A stretch of DNA of 64,000 nt from positions 28,954,001-29,018,000 of the forward strand of contig CM060733.1 in NCBI GenBank assembly GCA_030704615.1, in the 5' to 3' direction. A model generated the notes under the pieces. It worked only from the letters and a program-made list of their open reading frames with translations. It was not told the origin of the DNA and made no database searches. A program made the translations under genes and the position numbers. The stretch comes from Takakia lepidozioides (Eukaryota; Plantae; Bryophyta). Positions 47,301-62,300 of this stretch are shown one piece after another (within the stretch, counting starts at the first letter, position 1; the number at the start of each line of letters is the position of its first letter).

Positions 47301-50300
47301 CATTCAGCTGGAGAGAGCATCTAAGGTTGAGCACGTCATTGCTTCTGTCTTCCTTTAAAAACCTGCCCATGTTTGAAGATGAATGTCAATTAGTGCAGTT
47401 TTGGTATGAAGGCGTTGAGATTCTCATGGTATTTCTTTGGTTGGCACCTTGTGACAGTTATTCTGTGCATGCTATTGAAATGGGGGAAAGAGTGACAAAT
47501 GTGTTTGAGCGTGCCATCACAGCCCTTTCTCGCAGAGAGGATCCTTCTGACACATTGTAAGGTCCCCCCTTCACGTGTCTTTGCTGGAAGTGGGCTGCTT
47601 TCTGAGTGTTAGTTGTCCTGGTTTAAGTGAAATCATTGAAGGTTGCTTTAGTCTTTTCAGGCTTCCCTACTGGCACTGACAACTTCCTTATTCACTGTTT
47701 GTGTGCACAGACCAGACAGAGAGGTGATGTGGCAAGTGGACATGGATGGCATGGAATACCTTTTTGCAAGTCTAGTGCATTTTCTCCAGCTAGACAGTGC
47801 TTATAATATTTTTGTGTTGAATCCTAAGCGAGATTTCAACCACGGCCACTATGGTTATCGGTGAGGATTACCCTTCAAACTCCCAGTACCAGTCAGATTA
47901 GTTCCTTTTTGGTGGCAAATTAACATGAATGCTGTAATTGGCCACCCTACAAACGGTAAATTGTGATCAGGAAGAAGGCAGTCAAATCAGTTTACAAATC
48001 AAACAAGCAGCTGGTTGGTTTTTTGGAGAATTACCTGAATTGACTGTTTTATTGGATGTTCACTAATAACAAACTTGTTGATGGTTTGGTTCTAAAATCA
48101 CGAGAGCTACTACATCGCTGAAGAATGGCATGTTGGGGCTTGGTGCAGACGTGGGTTGTCTGAAGGAGAATTCAAGTTGATTGAAAAGGTGAGTATTTGT
48201 GAAGTATGGTGTTGATGGGACTACGACATGGTCAAATTAATTGTTGGCATGTTGTCTTTTGGTTAGTCCTCACTTCAGACTGATTGGACACAAACCTTGT
48301 TGGGAGTTGATTTGCAGGATGAAGATGTCAAGAAGAAGCTCCTTGCCTCCAAAGGAATGCATTTGTCGAATCCTTTTGGTGTGGATCTTTAGCAACCTCC
48401 TGCTATGGTTTTGCAAATAATGTCTGTTCCCTGCTCTCAGTGTGTCTTCATGGCAAGTGGTTATATACTTGCCAACTGACCCACTTGTCAAAATGGAAGG
48501 GAGTGCTGTGTTCTGTGCGTACAGTCTCTCTTCCTGAGAGCTCTCCAAATGACATTGCATTGAGCCTTGGAAATGTGAATTGTTGGCTGGAGTACTGCTA
48601 ATGGAGATAGGACACATGCAATAATTGAAATTGATCTATACAGATGATACCTTCTTGATGGTCCAGGTTAAATCTGATACAGAAGTAAATGCGAATGGGC
48701 ATTGCAGAGACAGAAAAGTTTCAAAAGCCTTTGTATGCACGACACCCCATGCTTAAATTTGCCTGGACATCGGCAGACATCACGGACACGGTACTTCAAA
48801 CTTCAAGCTTTTGTGAGTGTGCTAAAGAAGATGTAGGTTGTGCAGTCTACTGCCACTTTTCGATTGAAATGGAGTTCAATTCACTCCTCGCTATATATGT
48901 CCATGAGGTCTGATAAATAGCTTCGTTGGACCTGTAGCTTGCATTTCGTAGAAGGTGAAATCTTGTTCTTTCAAGGCTGAGAAACTGGCAGTGGAGGGAA
49001 TTTGAAGGAGCAACAGAGGATCATATGATTGGTTTGTTCTATGGGTCTTATATGTGTCATTGTACATAGACGATAATGTTTTGCATCCTTGTTGCTGGTG
49101 CAATTTCTGGTCTCTTGTATGTCTGTCAGGTCAATCGGTTGAATGGGCATTTAAAGACAGTTCTTGCCTGGGTCTATACCCACCATGCCTATGCGATTTG
49201 GAGATAATGACGTTTGTCTCCAGTTATTTTTTCCTCACAAGGAGAGAAGGGGAGCTAGGGAGGTGGAGAGAGGGTAAATCGTAGCCTGCCTAGTAATGGT
49301 GGGTTTTTTTGAAGATCCAGTGGGGCCTAACAAAGTTGCAGGGTATGACAGGCACACTGGGTGGACGCATACAATGATGCTCTTACAGAAGTGGAAAAGG
49401 ATCTGCACGCAAGAACGGGTGTAGATCTTATGATTCATAAAGCCCAGCAGGTGTATATCTGCCTAAGCTGCTGTTGGGTTCTTCACTCTTAGAGCTGTGG
49501 TGTTGTGACTTCAATTTCCCTCCCGTAGCCAGGGCTTTGTGATTGTCTGTGGTTACCTTGACTCCTCCACATGTGCATGGGTTGCTAGGACTAAGAGCTG
49601 TACCATTTTGTTATAGATAACAAATATTTCAAAGAATGGAGCAGGTTTTGAGTAGGTCCTTCAAAGGTGAGAGTTCTTATAGTTCACGGAAGTGAAGACT
49701 ATTCGAACTTCAAGGGGAGTTTTCTTTCTTATATGCTGTACCTTTAGTCAGACACCCAAATTTACACTTGTTTGTTTAGGAAATGCTTGACTTATCCACA
49801 GACTAGATACGGTCGCATCTGTAACATTTTGTGAAGGAAATGCTGCAGATCTTGGCTGGAAAGACTGGAGAAGGATACTCTTTGTTCAGAGGGATGAAGG
49901 AAGGCAAGCTGTCCAGTCTGCAATCGGACTGTCTCGTAGACACGTGGGTGGGCAAGGGAAGGTAGGAGAAATTTTCGGCCCCAGGGTCCATCCGTTCCAT
50001 TCATTTTGTATCTTGGTTTCAACCTCTGGTGAGGTCTCATTGCCATTGCGCAATTTTGCTACACCCTATGTTGTCACAGTAATATTGGCATACATGTGGT
50101 AGTGTCCCTTCATTCATACTTGAGGAACTGAGATGCTAAGAGGAAATAAACTGAAAATCCTCAAGTGCATCATTCTGTTATTAAATGTCATTGAGGGGCT
50201 TGTTAGGGGGGCGTCTCTGTGAAGCTCTTAAGAGATATGTCAAAGAAATTGCCATCTGCAGCTCGGAGGCACCCTCTTGAATAAATTTGGGGTGAATAAT

Positions 50301-53300
50301 ATACTGTTGTCTGTCTCATTACGGTGGAACTGAAGGTGAGACTATCGCATAGTCAACCATGAGTTCAATTGCTTGAATATGTGTCTCTCACTCAGTCCAT
50401 GGACTCAAATAAAATTGAGGTAGTCGAGTCCCTCGTTCTGCATATGTTTAGATTTGACTGAAGTAGGTGCAGACGTAGCTAAAACTGAATGTAGAAAATT
50501 TTATTGGTTCTTCCCTCGCCATTGAAAGCTCTCTTCTTCCCACATAGCCAAACTGAACCTTGGCAGTTGGCAGGTGGGCTTTCATTGATTTGACGGCAGG
50601 GCCCTTCACATGGGGGCCAACCGTGGGGGGAGATGGTGTACGAGTTGAGCGGAGCTTGCCTTCTGTGGACCTCAGCTTTGGCAATTTCTCTGTGGGACTG
50701 GAAGGTATGTCCAGTTGATGAAATGATGCCTCTTCTTATCTCCAGAGCATCATATCTCCAGAGAATCATAAGTGTTCAGTAGTACTCAAAAATGTCAGTG
50801 GATTGTTATCGAAAGGTCAAGGTCCTAAAGGAGGATGGGCAGGAATCTTTGGTTGCAAATATTTTGCTTTGCTGTTGGGTTTTCCTTCACACTCTTTGCA
50901 AACAGGTGAGGAGGTCCGATATGTCATTATCTGATATATGGTGCAGGTGCATCCGAAGATGAGGTCCAAATCGAACTACAGAATATGGTGCAGGATCGTT
51001 TTGCTATGTTTGAAGAGGTAACTGTTCGATTGGTTGATCTTTTTGTGGTGAAAGGTGACTGGATTTTTTTCCCACCTCATTATGAGCTGAATTATCTTTG
51101 CATATTTTCTTTGAAAATGCATCAGGGTACATGAACTTGTCAACAGCTGTACCTTTCCAAATGCCTGCTACCCACAGCCATGTGTGTGTAGTCAAATATG
51201 TGATGGGCTTTTTTTGTATATTTTTTTTTGCATGAAGACTTGAGCACTATCTTTTAAGCCTCCATTTCCTTTGATGGACAGGGGGGCCTAGTTACTGGGG
51301 ATTAGTACAGACACCCTTGCACAAGTTTGAGCTCTGAACAGTTGTATCCTGCTGTGGTTCTGGGACTGGACGGCAGTTGCCATCTGATTGACAGCTTGAA
51401 TTTTAAAGGGAATAGTCATAATTTTCCTAGGTTAGAGCCGGTGGTATTTCCTGATAAGATGGGGAGTTGGTTGGGTGCAGGAGGATCAGCAGCATGCAGT
51501 AGACATGCTGTTGGCAGAAATGGATGTCTATGAGATGTTTTCGGACAAGCATTGCAAACGCCGAAGGGTCCACCTTGCTCTCTGTGAAGGTACAGGCAAC
51601 ATTTTCTTTGCTCATTTTACTGATCCAGGGGTGAAAGCCGGCAGTTTCTCAACCCATGTCAGTCTCCAGCATTTACTTGAATTTCTTTTTATCTTAAGTA
51701 TCCCTCGATGCTTATGTCGTGATTTAGCACTAGGAAGATAGAACATCCACTTTTTTTGAATTTCTTTGCAGATTCTTTCAGAGAAATTGTTCTTCAAAGT
51801 TAATGAAATGTGGGGATGGATGGTTGCAGAGCTGCAAGAAAGGATGAATGATCTCAGGGAGGAGCTGGGTGCCTTCGACGAGGAGAATCAGGATGAAGCT
51901 CTTCGCACCAAGGCTGTTCAGGCTTTGAGACGTATTGACGAATGGAATCTCTTCTCAGACAATTCAAATGTACTATTCATCCATCTTCCCTTGCATGCAA
52001 TCACATTTTTTCAGAGTCTTTCCTGTTGAGCTAATTTGTTTGGTTGATGGAGGAGACAGACTGCAACTTGTAAGAAGATCTGTACTGCACCTTGGGAAAA
52101 CAAGACTTCAAAAATAGAGCAAAGTTAACTCTTGTGTCTGTCGTACTTGGGTCTGGTGTGGGAACCAGCATACAGAGAAATTTTCAATTTCCCGGGATTT
52201 GTTTTTGGCGCATCTGGGGGCAACACTGGCAGGGTCCATGAAGCATGTTGTCACTCCATCGACCGCAGATGGTGCCTTCCATTACTATGAGAAAATTTAT
52301 TTTCAGATATACATCATCACTCAAGAGGTAAATTTTGACAGCTATGCCTAGATTAGGTTCTACTTGAACTCCAGGACCACCTTGGGTACCAATGCCTCAA
52401 TATGAGTGATCTCTGGCTCAGTGGCGGTGAAGTGAAATGGGGGTGGGGGTGGGCGGCGTGCGCTAGCTTCTCACAATTTTTCCTATCTCCTTGCCTTCGG
52501 TATGGTCAAACTCACTGAACTGATGGTGAAGTATCCACCTAAAGAGTGCATAGCCTGTAGTCTATAGCTAAGTTCAAGCTGTGCTGTTTAAAATATATAG
52601 AAAGAAAATAATCAAAATATTACTACTAGACACTTTTTGACTTCAAACATGATAATTTCCCCTCTATCTGCAATCAGCCAACGATATAAGGGAATGAATC
52701 GTTATCAAAACATTCATCTAACAATTTTAATTAATTATACACGTAACTATTTAGAGTATTGTCACATTCATTAAATGATAGAGAGATGTGGTTTTTTCGT
52801 CTCTGTACAGATATCATAGGTGATTAAATTGTATGACTTCTTGCTAATCTTTATCTTCATTCACATTCCATGTCTGCTTACCAATTTCTTCTCATAAAGT
52901 TTTTTTATACCTTTCTATGTATGTGTGGAAATCTCGGTTTTTGATCTGTTTAGATATAGCTATGTCTATTTTAGTTGCTTATTTGTATTCGTTCTCTCTA
53001 ATCTTGATCTTTTCTATATGTGAATTTATATAAATTTGTCCATTCAGTCTCTCCATTGTGTAGCACAGACGTGTTCCGAATGGTAATTTCAAGGCACAAC
53101 ATGCTTTAGAAGATCTATCATGCTGGTAGCAAACAAAATTTCATGTCCCAGATATTAACCCTAAACTGCCTAAAGCTTTTGAAATCTGCAAAACCAGGAC
53201 CAATATGCACCTCAGCCCCCATATCTCTCCTCTACAGATCCAAGAGAGAGGGCTAGAGAGATAATACTGGAATCGTAGTATGTGCAATATATATTGTGTT

Positions 53301-56300
53301 TCATCTATTGTTGTTGGATTCATCAGAAGGCAAAGGACCCCCGGTTGGTGCCAGTGGATGTGGGTCTCATTAAAGAGGCCCTGACGGAGCTGATCGTCCC
53401 CTCGCAAACATGTCAGTTCGCTGTAAAAATGTAAGAGCTCCTGCCAGTCCATTGTGCATGCATTATTGAGCTTCAACTATCATGGTGTGGTCGGAGGGTG
53501 AGATTGATGCTTACTCTTTAAGGGCATGGTCAGGAAACTGACTCTCCCTGGTACCCAGTACAGTACATAACTCAGTCCAAGATCTACATGGCACTTGCAC
53601 ACAGCCAATGACCAGCGCAGTTTTGAGGGATTTGACTATGGATTGAAACACTGACAATGGCATCATTCGAGAAGGCATGGTGTTGATTTCAACACTGTTA
53701 TTGTGGCCTTGTACCACATGTGGCTGCTGTTGCTCTATCGCTTTCCAGATTTCCTCGAGAAAACCCTTTAGATATGAATCGATCTGATGTGTGTGAGCTG
53801 CCCAGCAATTAGATCCCAACACGGGCTTTGGGCTTGCCTCGAGATTTTGAGGGCTGCTGAACAGAGGTGGTCCTAAAGAGGGTCGCTCTCCGATGAGAAT
53901 ACCCCGGACATTGTATTAGCAAATGGGGTTCAATGTAGTGCCGAGGGTAGGCCCTTCAGATCATTCTTAAGGCCCTCACCCATGTCACAAACTGGAAAGA
54001 AGTTCAGAATGCCTAATTTCGTTGATTTCAGACATTTTTGGTGCTTCTGACATTGCCTTAGACATGTCAGCCACTAAGTCGGCTTCATCTAGCATGGTCA
54101 GTTCTTCCTTCCTAATATTTAGGTACTTGAAAGTCTCCTCTACCTTTTCCCACCAGGACTTAGGCTGTTTAACAGGACGGTCTTACTTCCAAGAAATAGA
54201 GTCGATCATCTTAGGGTGTCTGGTATAGGCATGTGATTCAACTGACACAACCATCTCACCTTGAACTCATCACATGAAGAGCTCAGGGTGGTATGCCAAA
54301 ATCGCCCCAAACAGCCATGTTAGCTGTTCTAGAGCATGCTGACATGCTCTATTTGAGCACCTAAAGCTGAATGGATTCTTAAATTTTAGCATGGTTGGAG
54401 TTTGCAATCCACATGGCAGATGTGTATTCCAAGGTAGGCCTATAATGGTGCAGAGTATGGTCCTTTTAACTTCTGTACTAATCCTCTGCGGTGGAAAAAT
54501 AGAGGGGACCTAAAGGCTTGCGTTTAGCTGTTTGAACCACTTTTTGTATATGTGTATCCCAGTTACAACTGCAGGAAAGCTCAAGACCAGGATACGTGTA
54601 GGAATGGAGCACAGGGATCTCTTCACTGCCCATGTCCATCTGAGGTCGCCCCCTGCCTCCCCACCATGTGAAGGCCGCCACTGCACACTAAGATTGGCGT
54701 CTAGCCTCCACAGGTCAAAAGTACCTCTTCGCACAATCAATTGACTCCTAAAGATTGGATGGGGTACCCACTAGGCCTCCAAAGTCATCCACACACATAA
54801 GGGCTGGTATGGTGGCACTCGCTCACCTTCAACCCAAATTCATCACTTTCCACATGTGCAAGGAGCTGGTTTATGAAATATTGAAGAGGCCTTGAGCTAC
54901 ACCTTGATCAATGTCAAAGAAGTTGGACTTCTGGTTATTAACCATAACACAGCTTTTGGTGTTCACATACAGGTTGTGAACCATCCTCGACATCTGTCCC
55001 TTGACCTCAGGGTACCCCATGGGCTAAACCACAACCACTATACAGAGTTATAGGCCTTAACATCCAGGTGGGGTTTCCTTTTTTTCCCCTTCCTTCAGTA
55101 GTCTGGCTTAGGATAAAGATATGACCTATGCAAACCCCTATTTCTGAGCTTCACAAAAACACTTCTAGACTCGAAATCATCCTCAAGATGGTTGAATATT
55201 ATCCTTCAAAACAGCTTGCCAACTTCACTAAGAAGTGTAATGCCACGGTAGGTCCCAGTTCAGAGAGGAGAGAGAGTACTCATAAGATGTTTGTTATAGC
55301 CTCGTTGCCATAGCCTTGTGCCCAGTTTGAGTGGAACTGATGGTGGGTATCCAGACTCAGAGAGGAGAAATGACATGAAATGGTACTTTATAACATCCAC
55401 GGGAAAGATAATGTACTCATAAGACGTTGTTTGCTGTAGCCTTGTGGCCATAGACCCTGTGCCCAATTTGGGTGGAGCTGATGGTGGGTATCCAGACTCA
55501 GAGAGAAGAAATGAAATGAAATGTTACTTCATAACATCCACGGGAAAGAGAATGTACTCATAAGACTTTGTTTGCAGTAGCCTTGTGGCCATTGACCGCA
55601 CGTGCAGTTTGAGTGGAACAGAAACTACCTTTGTCAGGGGCTGACACCAGTAGTATGACTTACCTTGGAACAGACAATTAATCCGAGTTTTCCAGATATC
55701 GTCTAGAAAACCCTTCACACAAGCATCAATCTGCTGTGTGTGTGGCTTGCCCAATAACTAGGCCCCAAAAGGGCCTGGGCTTTTGGCTCGGCCTCGAAAC
55801 TTTCAAAGTTGGTAAACAGAGGTTCAAGCACAATTCCCTTGATGGATTTGACTAGGGCGTCTCTCTGGTGAGAGTACCCAGGACAATGAATCAGAAAATG
55901 AGTATTGTATATAACATCCACGGTAAAGAGAGAGAGAGAGAATGTACTCATAAGACGTTGTTTGCAGTAGCCTTGTGGCCATTTACTCGCCCAGTTTGAG
56001 CAGAACACAAAGGGACAGAAACTACCTTTGTCAGGGGCTGATGCCGGTAGTGTGACTCAATGCAATTGATCCGAGTTTCCAGATATCCTCTAGAAATCCC
56101 TTCACACAAACATCAATCTGCTGTATGTGATTTGCCCAATAACTAGATCCCAAAAGGGCCTGGGCTTTTGGTTTAGCCACGAGAAATTCAAAGTTGATAA
56201 ATAGAGTTACAGAACAATTCCCTTGATGGAATTGACGAGGGTGTCTCTCTGGTGAGAGTACCCCGGACAATGAGTCAGGAAGTGGATATTGTCTTCAGGT

Positions 56301-59300
56301 TGCCCACACAACGGGGGTACTTACAATCCCCCTTTCCTCTCTGCGTCTGTTTGCTGTTTGAAGGTCGGCTACCCACCCTGAGTTTGAATTTCAGTCTAGT
56401 GCCGGGTAAACCCTTGAGGTCATTCATGATGGCCTCACCCATGTCACAGACTGGAAACAGGTTCAGGGAAGTATACTGCAAAACTTCATTTTCATCAGAC
56501 CATTTCCTGGCAATAGACATGGCTTTGAACACTTCAGCCACTAAGTCAAGTTTATCCAGCAGGGTCATGGCTTCCGGACTTAAATTCAGATCCTTGAAAG
56601 TCTCTTCGACTCTCTTTCGCCAGGACTTAGCCTGTTTGACAGGGCAATCCTGCTTCCAAGAGATAGAGTCAATTAGCTTATGATATTGCATACCATACAT
56701 TGCAGCTGACCCCACCATCCACCTTGAATTTATCAGGTCGGGAGCTTATGGGAGGAATGCCAAACTCACCCTGAACAGCCGCATTAGCTGTTTTGGAGCA
56801 TGCTGACATGACCCCCACTTGAATGGATTCTAGAGACTTAGCCTGGTTGGAGTTATCAACCCACACAGCAGATGCGTACTCCAAGTAGGCCTAATAATGC
56901 GGCAAAGCATGGTTTTTTATACTTCAGAGTTGATCCCTTGCAGTGGAAGAATTTAGCGAGACCCAACGCTTTGCGCTTGGCAGATTCAATCACTTTTCGT
57001 ATATGTGCTTCCCAATTACAGTTGGAGGAAAACTCAATGCCTAGGTATGTGTAGGAAGGAAAGACATGAATCTCTTGGCTTCCCCACTGCCACCTGAGGT
57101 CGCCTCCCCCATCCCCACGGTCGTTGAATGCCACCATTTCGCATTTACTGATATTAGCCTCCAGCCCCCAAAGGTCAAAGTATCTGTTCATGGATTGCAT
57201 GAACTCCTGAAGTCTGGAGTCTCCCCTATGCCTGTGAAGTCATCTGCAAACATAAGGGCTGGTATGGTGGCATCACCCACCCTTAACCCAAATCCCTCAC
57301 TTTCCACATCCTCGAGAAGTTGATTGATGAAAACTTTGAAGAGCAGAGGGGAGAGAGGGTACATCCTTGAGCTACACCCTTGGTCTATGTCAAAGAAGGT
57401 AGACTTCTGTGCATTTACAGTGACAGAGCGAGAATGTACTGATAGGATGTTGTTTGCTGTAGCCTTGTGGCCATTGACCCCACGCTCAGTTCGCGTGAAA
57501 CACAAAGGGACAGAAACTACCATTGTCAGGGGCTGACACGGGTAGTATGACTTACCTTGTAACAGACAATTGATTTTTCCAGATATCCTCTAGATATCCC
57601 TTTACGCAAGTATCAATCTGCTGTGTGTGGTTTGCCCAATAACTAGGCCCCAAAAGGGCCTGGGCTTTTGGCTCACCCTCGAGACGTTCAAAGGCACAAT
57701 TCCCTTGATGGAATTGAAGAGGGTGTCTCTCTGGTGAGAGTACACAGGACAATGAATCAGAAAGTGAATATTGTCTTCAGGTTGCCCCCACAACGGGCAT
57801 TTGCAACCCCCTTTCCTCTTGGCTTCTGTTTGCTGTTCAAAGGTAGGCTTCCCGCCCTAAGTTTAAATTTCAGTGAGATAGAGATGGGGCTTGTCTTGTC
57901 ATGACAGAAAGGACCTGTCTTTGGTAGACCAGACCATTTTGTTTTCCAAAAACAAAGACAGAACACAGGCTTGTTACCAAGGCACCATCACCCTTCTTGT
58001 AAACCACAGTCTTGTTCCTGATTTGTTTCACACTTTTAGCATGTTGACTGTAGGTCAGTGACCTCCCCGGCAGCTTTAGCCTTACTTAAGCAAACCAGTG
58101 CTTGCTTAAAACCATAGAGATCTCTGCCCACAGTAAATGTCTGAGCATAGTACTTCTCTGAAGGATAATTCGGTTTCATCAAAGTAGTGTCAACATATAC
58201 TTCCCTGACAATCACATGTCAAAACTGAGACAAATCCAAGTCTTCCACCATAGCCCAAATGGGGTGTACTGCCATGTCTTAAAACAAAACAATCACAGTA
58301 TTAAAGATGAAACCACTCAGCTAGGCTGTCAACTGAGATTGATCCAAGTCAAGACGGGTCTGGAGAATCCTCTGGTATCATATCCATGGGTAGATTACCT
58401 CCGTAAAATACTTCCCTTACAGAAACATGAGGCAGCGAAAGGGGATCATTTCAGTCCTCCAGATAAGCTTAAAGAGAAGTACAAGGACCTCTATCATGAG
58501 ATAGCCACCGTGCCTGACAAGCTTGTTGACTATGCTGTCAGGTCCACAGCTTTATATATATATATATTATAATGAGGATGAGAGAGAGAATGTACTCATA
58601 AGACGTTGTTTGCCGTAGCCTTGTGGCCATTGAATGAGAGAGAGAGAGGGAGAGAGGAAAATGGGAGGCCTGAGGGGCTATAGGAAACAGTGGAGCAGTA
58701 AGACAACCAATACATTGTAGCTCAAAATCCCCAATAGTGCTCAAGATGAAGTGCTTCTTGCATGTAAGTTGCAAGGCACTGTGTGTTCTTGTAGTTGATG
58801 GGCTCTGGAAAGGACAAGAAATCCTCAGAAGTCACGAGTATCTTTCCCTGAGCTCATGACATGCGAAATGGAGAAGAAGCATGACAAGACTCCGGTTGAA
58901 GCCAGCGTCCTGTGTGCGAGTACTTTTCCCCTGTTGGGGGTGGGCTTGAAGCGTTGGACTAATCAATTACTCTCATACTTCAAAATTAATTAACCTGAAT
59001 TTTCCCTGGGTTGTGGTGGTCAGGTTGGCCCTCTCGGAAGATCCGGCCCTGTCCATGGCATTCTCAGTGGCGCGGCGGTCAGCATCAGTGCCAGTACTGT
59101 TAGTGGATGACACTTACCGTACCTCAAATGTTGTTTACCTTGACTCCCTTATTCTGCAGGGCCAACTACAGCGTCTCAGTGGAACTGGCCTAATCTCAGG
59201 TACACTTGACATGCGTCCAAATTGGTGAACGAAGTGTTAAGTTAGTAGTCTCTTCCTCTTTTGATTGTTAGACCAGTTTAGGTGAATGATTCATACTGAT

Positions 59301-62300
59301 CAGTAACAATGTATATGGCTATGAGATTCTGTCTACTTATAACACTAATGACGGACTACATGGTGGGAAAATGGTCTAGGATCATAGCTACTATGAATGA
59401 CAGTAAAAAGTTTCTGCCTACGTCTTCTTCCTGGCTATGCTCTGATGAAATGTATCGCTTTTTCATATGGAGTTTGGCCAGTTTTCAATTGTTAACCCAT
59501 TGGTTAGGGCACTGGTGCCTCAATATAGGTTGGGATGGCTGTACGCCTATACTGGTCCATCCAACTGTAAAAAGGGTTGTTACCTTTCCGAATTGGGTGT
59601 TGAAGTGCTTTAGAGTCTCTAGGGGAAGGATGTTAACAAGATGCCCTGGTTCACTTTAAGTGCCCGTGAGAAAGTGCTCACTTGTTCACTGGCAGTGGTA
59701 GAGCTCACACATCGATTGAGGCACTAGGAATGGCGTTGCTTCTGAATGGTGCCCTTCTATTTCTTGTATGATTAGAAAGCGTTCACTCCAAGTCCACTTT
59801 AAGTTGGAGTAGCTATATGTATCAAAACCAGTACCAAGTGTAATCTTCCTAACATATCTTGCTTCACAGAGGTTAATGGTCAGGGAAGGTCTATGTTGGA
59901 GGTACCCATCTTCTGGTTTGTGCGAACATCTGGAGAACCCCTCTTCATCGACAAACATTACTTGGCCAAGGCACTGCCTGACATGGTTTTTGTGGTCCAG
60001 TCCAGTAAATCTAAGTGGGAAACCCACTTGCAATGCAATAGCGAAGCTATCCATTGGGACCTCAAGTAAGCACCACTTGTACCATCTTCAAATGTGGTTG
60101 GTTTTGCTGTCAAGTAAAATTGTTTGGTCGGTTTTTAGGTAGTCGTCTTTGACAAGGAATGTGTTCTCTTAAAGCAAGAGAGCCAGCAGGCTTCCGGTTT
60201 CCTTAATTTCACCCCTCAAGAGAGCGTGATGGGAGATTAACTTGAGTTAACTCTGCAGCAATCAGGTCCAAGCATGAACTACTTAACAAGGCAGTAGTAG
60301 GCCAAGAAAGGTTCAAGATGAGAACCTCTTTCAATAGCTATACAGATTGAGGGAATGTTTGATTGTCTTCATACCAGAGGATGCTTGCTCCAGATTCTTG
60401 AGAATACCAGCCCTTCTCAACACGATGCAGAAGAGGAAACTCCGTCCCAGCCATGTCCCTGTATGGCCAATTTTGAGCATATGGGTTTCCAGGCCTTATT
60501 GGGATCAGATGTTCATCTAGCCTCTTCAAGTCATAGCTCTCTCCGGGTAAATTGGTATCAACCTGTTTTCTGAAATCTCAGATCCTTTTCTTATTGATCC
60601 ATAAACTGTGGCAGCCGACCTTTGAAGGCAGCAGTGGCAGCAGTGGCAGAGCACTTGGCCGGGTTGGTGCCCACACAGCTCACCTACAGCCATGCCCATC
60701 AGAACACTGTTCAGGTCTGTGTGGATGTCCTGATTGTTTTTTAATTGTTGGTTAGCGTTATACAACCTTGGCAGGCCAAGAAGTGGTGACTCTGGCTCTC
60801 TCTTCATCTTCTCTCTCTCCCTCTCTCCCTTCAGCTAACGTTTCGAGTCTTTGGAGGTGGTTTCTACTACTGATTTTTGTACAAATTGATGAAAGTGGAG
60901 ACTTCTGTTTCTCAGAGGCATATTTTTGCCTCTTCTCCTCTTACCAGTATACCACTGGGTCTTCTTTGCCTAGCTAGGTGGCAGTTGTTATTAAAGGACT
61001 GGCACTGCGTGTCTAACACAAGTAGATTGTGCTTGTGTGTTTCTGATACTGTGGAGATGAAACTCATGGTGTGACTTGCATGGCATGCTCCGACATTGCA
61101 GGACTGGACATGGGTGGCAGGGTCTCATTTATTTGCATGCACGTCAGGAGGATGGGAGGTTTCAGCCTTCCACAGCGACGCCGTGGCACGCAGCTATGTA
61201 GTAACCGCCTTGGATGAATCCATTGATATTGTGAACAAGGGGATTGCACTTCTAACCAAGGAGCCAACTCGTATCCTTGAAAGTCAACTCTATCTCCTTA
61301 GGGGCAAACAACGTCTCATGAGTACATTCTATCTCCTGAGGTGATGCGACAATTTTGGAATGTGGGCTTCCTTTTGTGAGTGTGTCCCAGCTTTAGCCCT
61401 GGGCTGGATTAGAAGGGTGCAATGAAAAGTTCATGGAGATCAGGTAGGGCATCAGTGGAAAGTACCCCTATGGTCCTACAGGTGGTCTTATATGCCGGGA
61501 ACTAACTAGAAAACTGCATTTTGGGAAGCAATTATCTTCTTGGACTCTTAACAGAAGTATGACAGATGAGCCGAGTTTTCACGTGATCAGAGCGCATCAA
61601 CAGAAGCTGCTACGGCATTACAATGCTGTAATCAATTTATGGAAACGGGTACCTATCCATATGCTTGAAAGTTGCGGCTATGAAGTCGTTGATGGTAGTT
61701 GATCACTTTGACTGGAAGATCCTTGGACTTAAGAGCAGGCCAAAGTGGTTGGTGTTAGCCAACAATTAATTTAGTTTCATACCAAAAGGTCCATGGCGTA
61801 TCTCACACGCCTGACATGGCTAATATAGTCATGAGCACAATGCGCTGCCATTATGCCTTGGCTTGCTATATAGATCCTGCTGGGTGGTGAGCCCTCCAAC
61901 TTATGGGACACAATCAGTGGGACTGCTATCTGTCCCCGAAGCCAAGAACTCTCCATTATGAGATGAATCTGAGCCCTTGTAGATGACAATGGGAGCTAGA
62001 GATCTTTTTTGTAGAGGTAGAAGCTCACCGCATCATTCACTGTACATGCAGATTGCAAGCTTGGCTGAAGACCTGCGCTATGGCGAAATGGTGAAGCTGT
62101 TGAACTATCTTGAAAAGGATGCACAAGAGTGAGTGGCCTGTGACTTTTATTTCCATATTGATGTGAAATGTATGTTGTTGAGTTGAGCAAGTACTAAGGT
62201 TGTTAGGCTCAGTCAATGAAAGAATCAAGAATGGAGTACTCAAAGAAATGAAGCACTCAAAGGCCTAGCAGTCATGGTCCTCAAAATGCACTTACATGGA

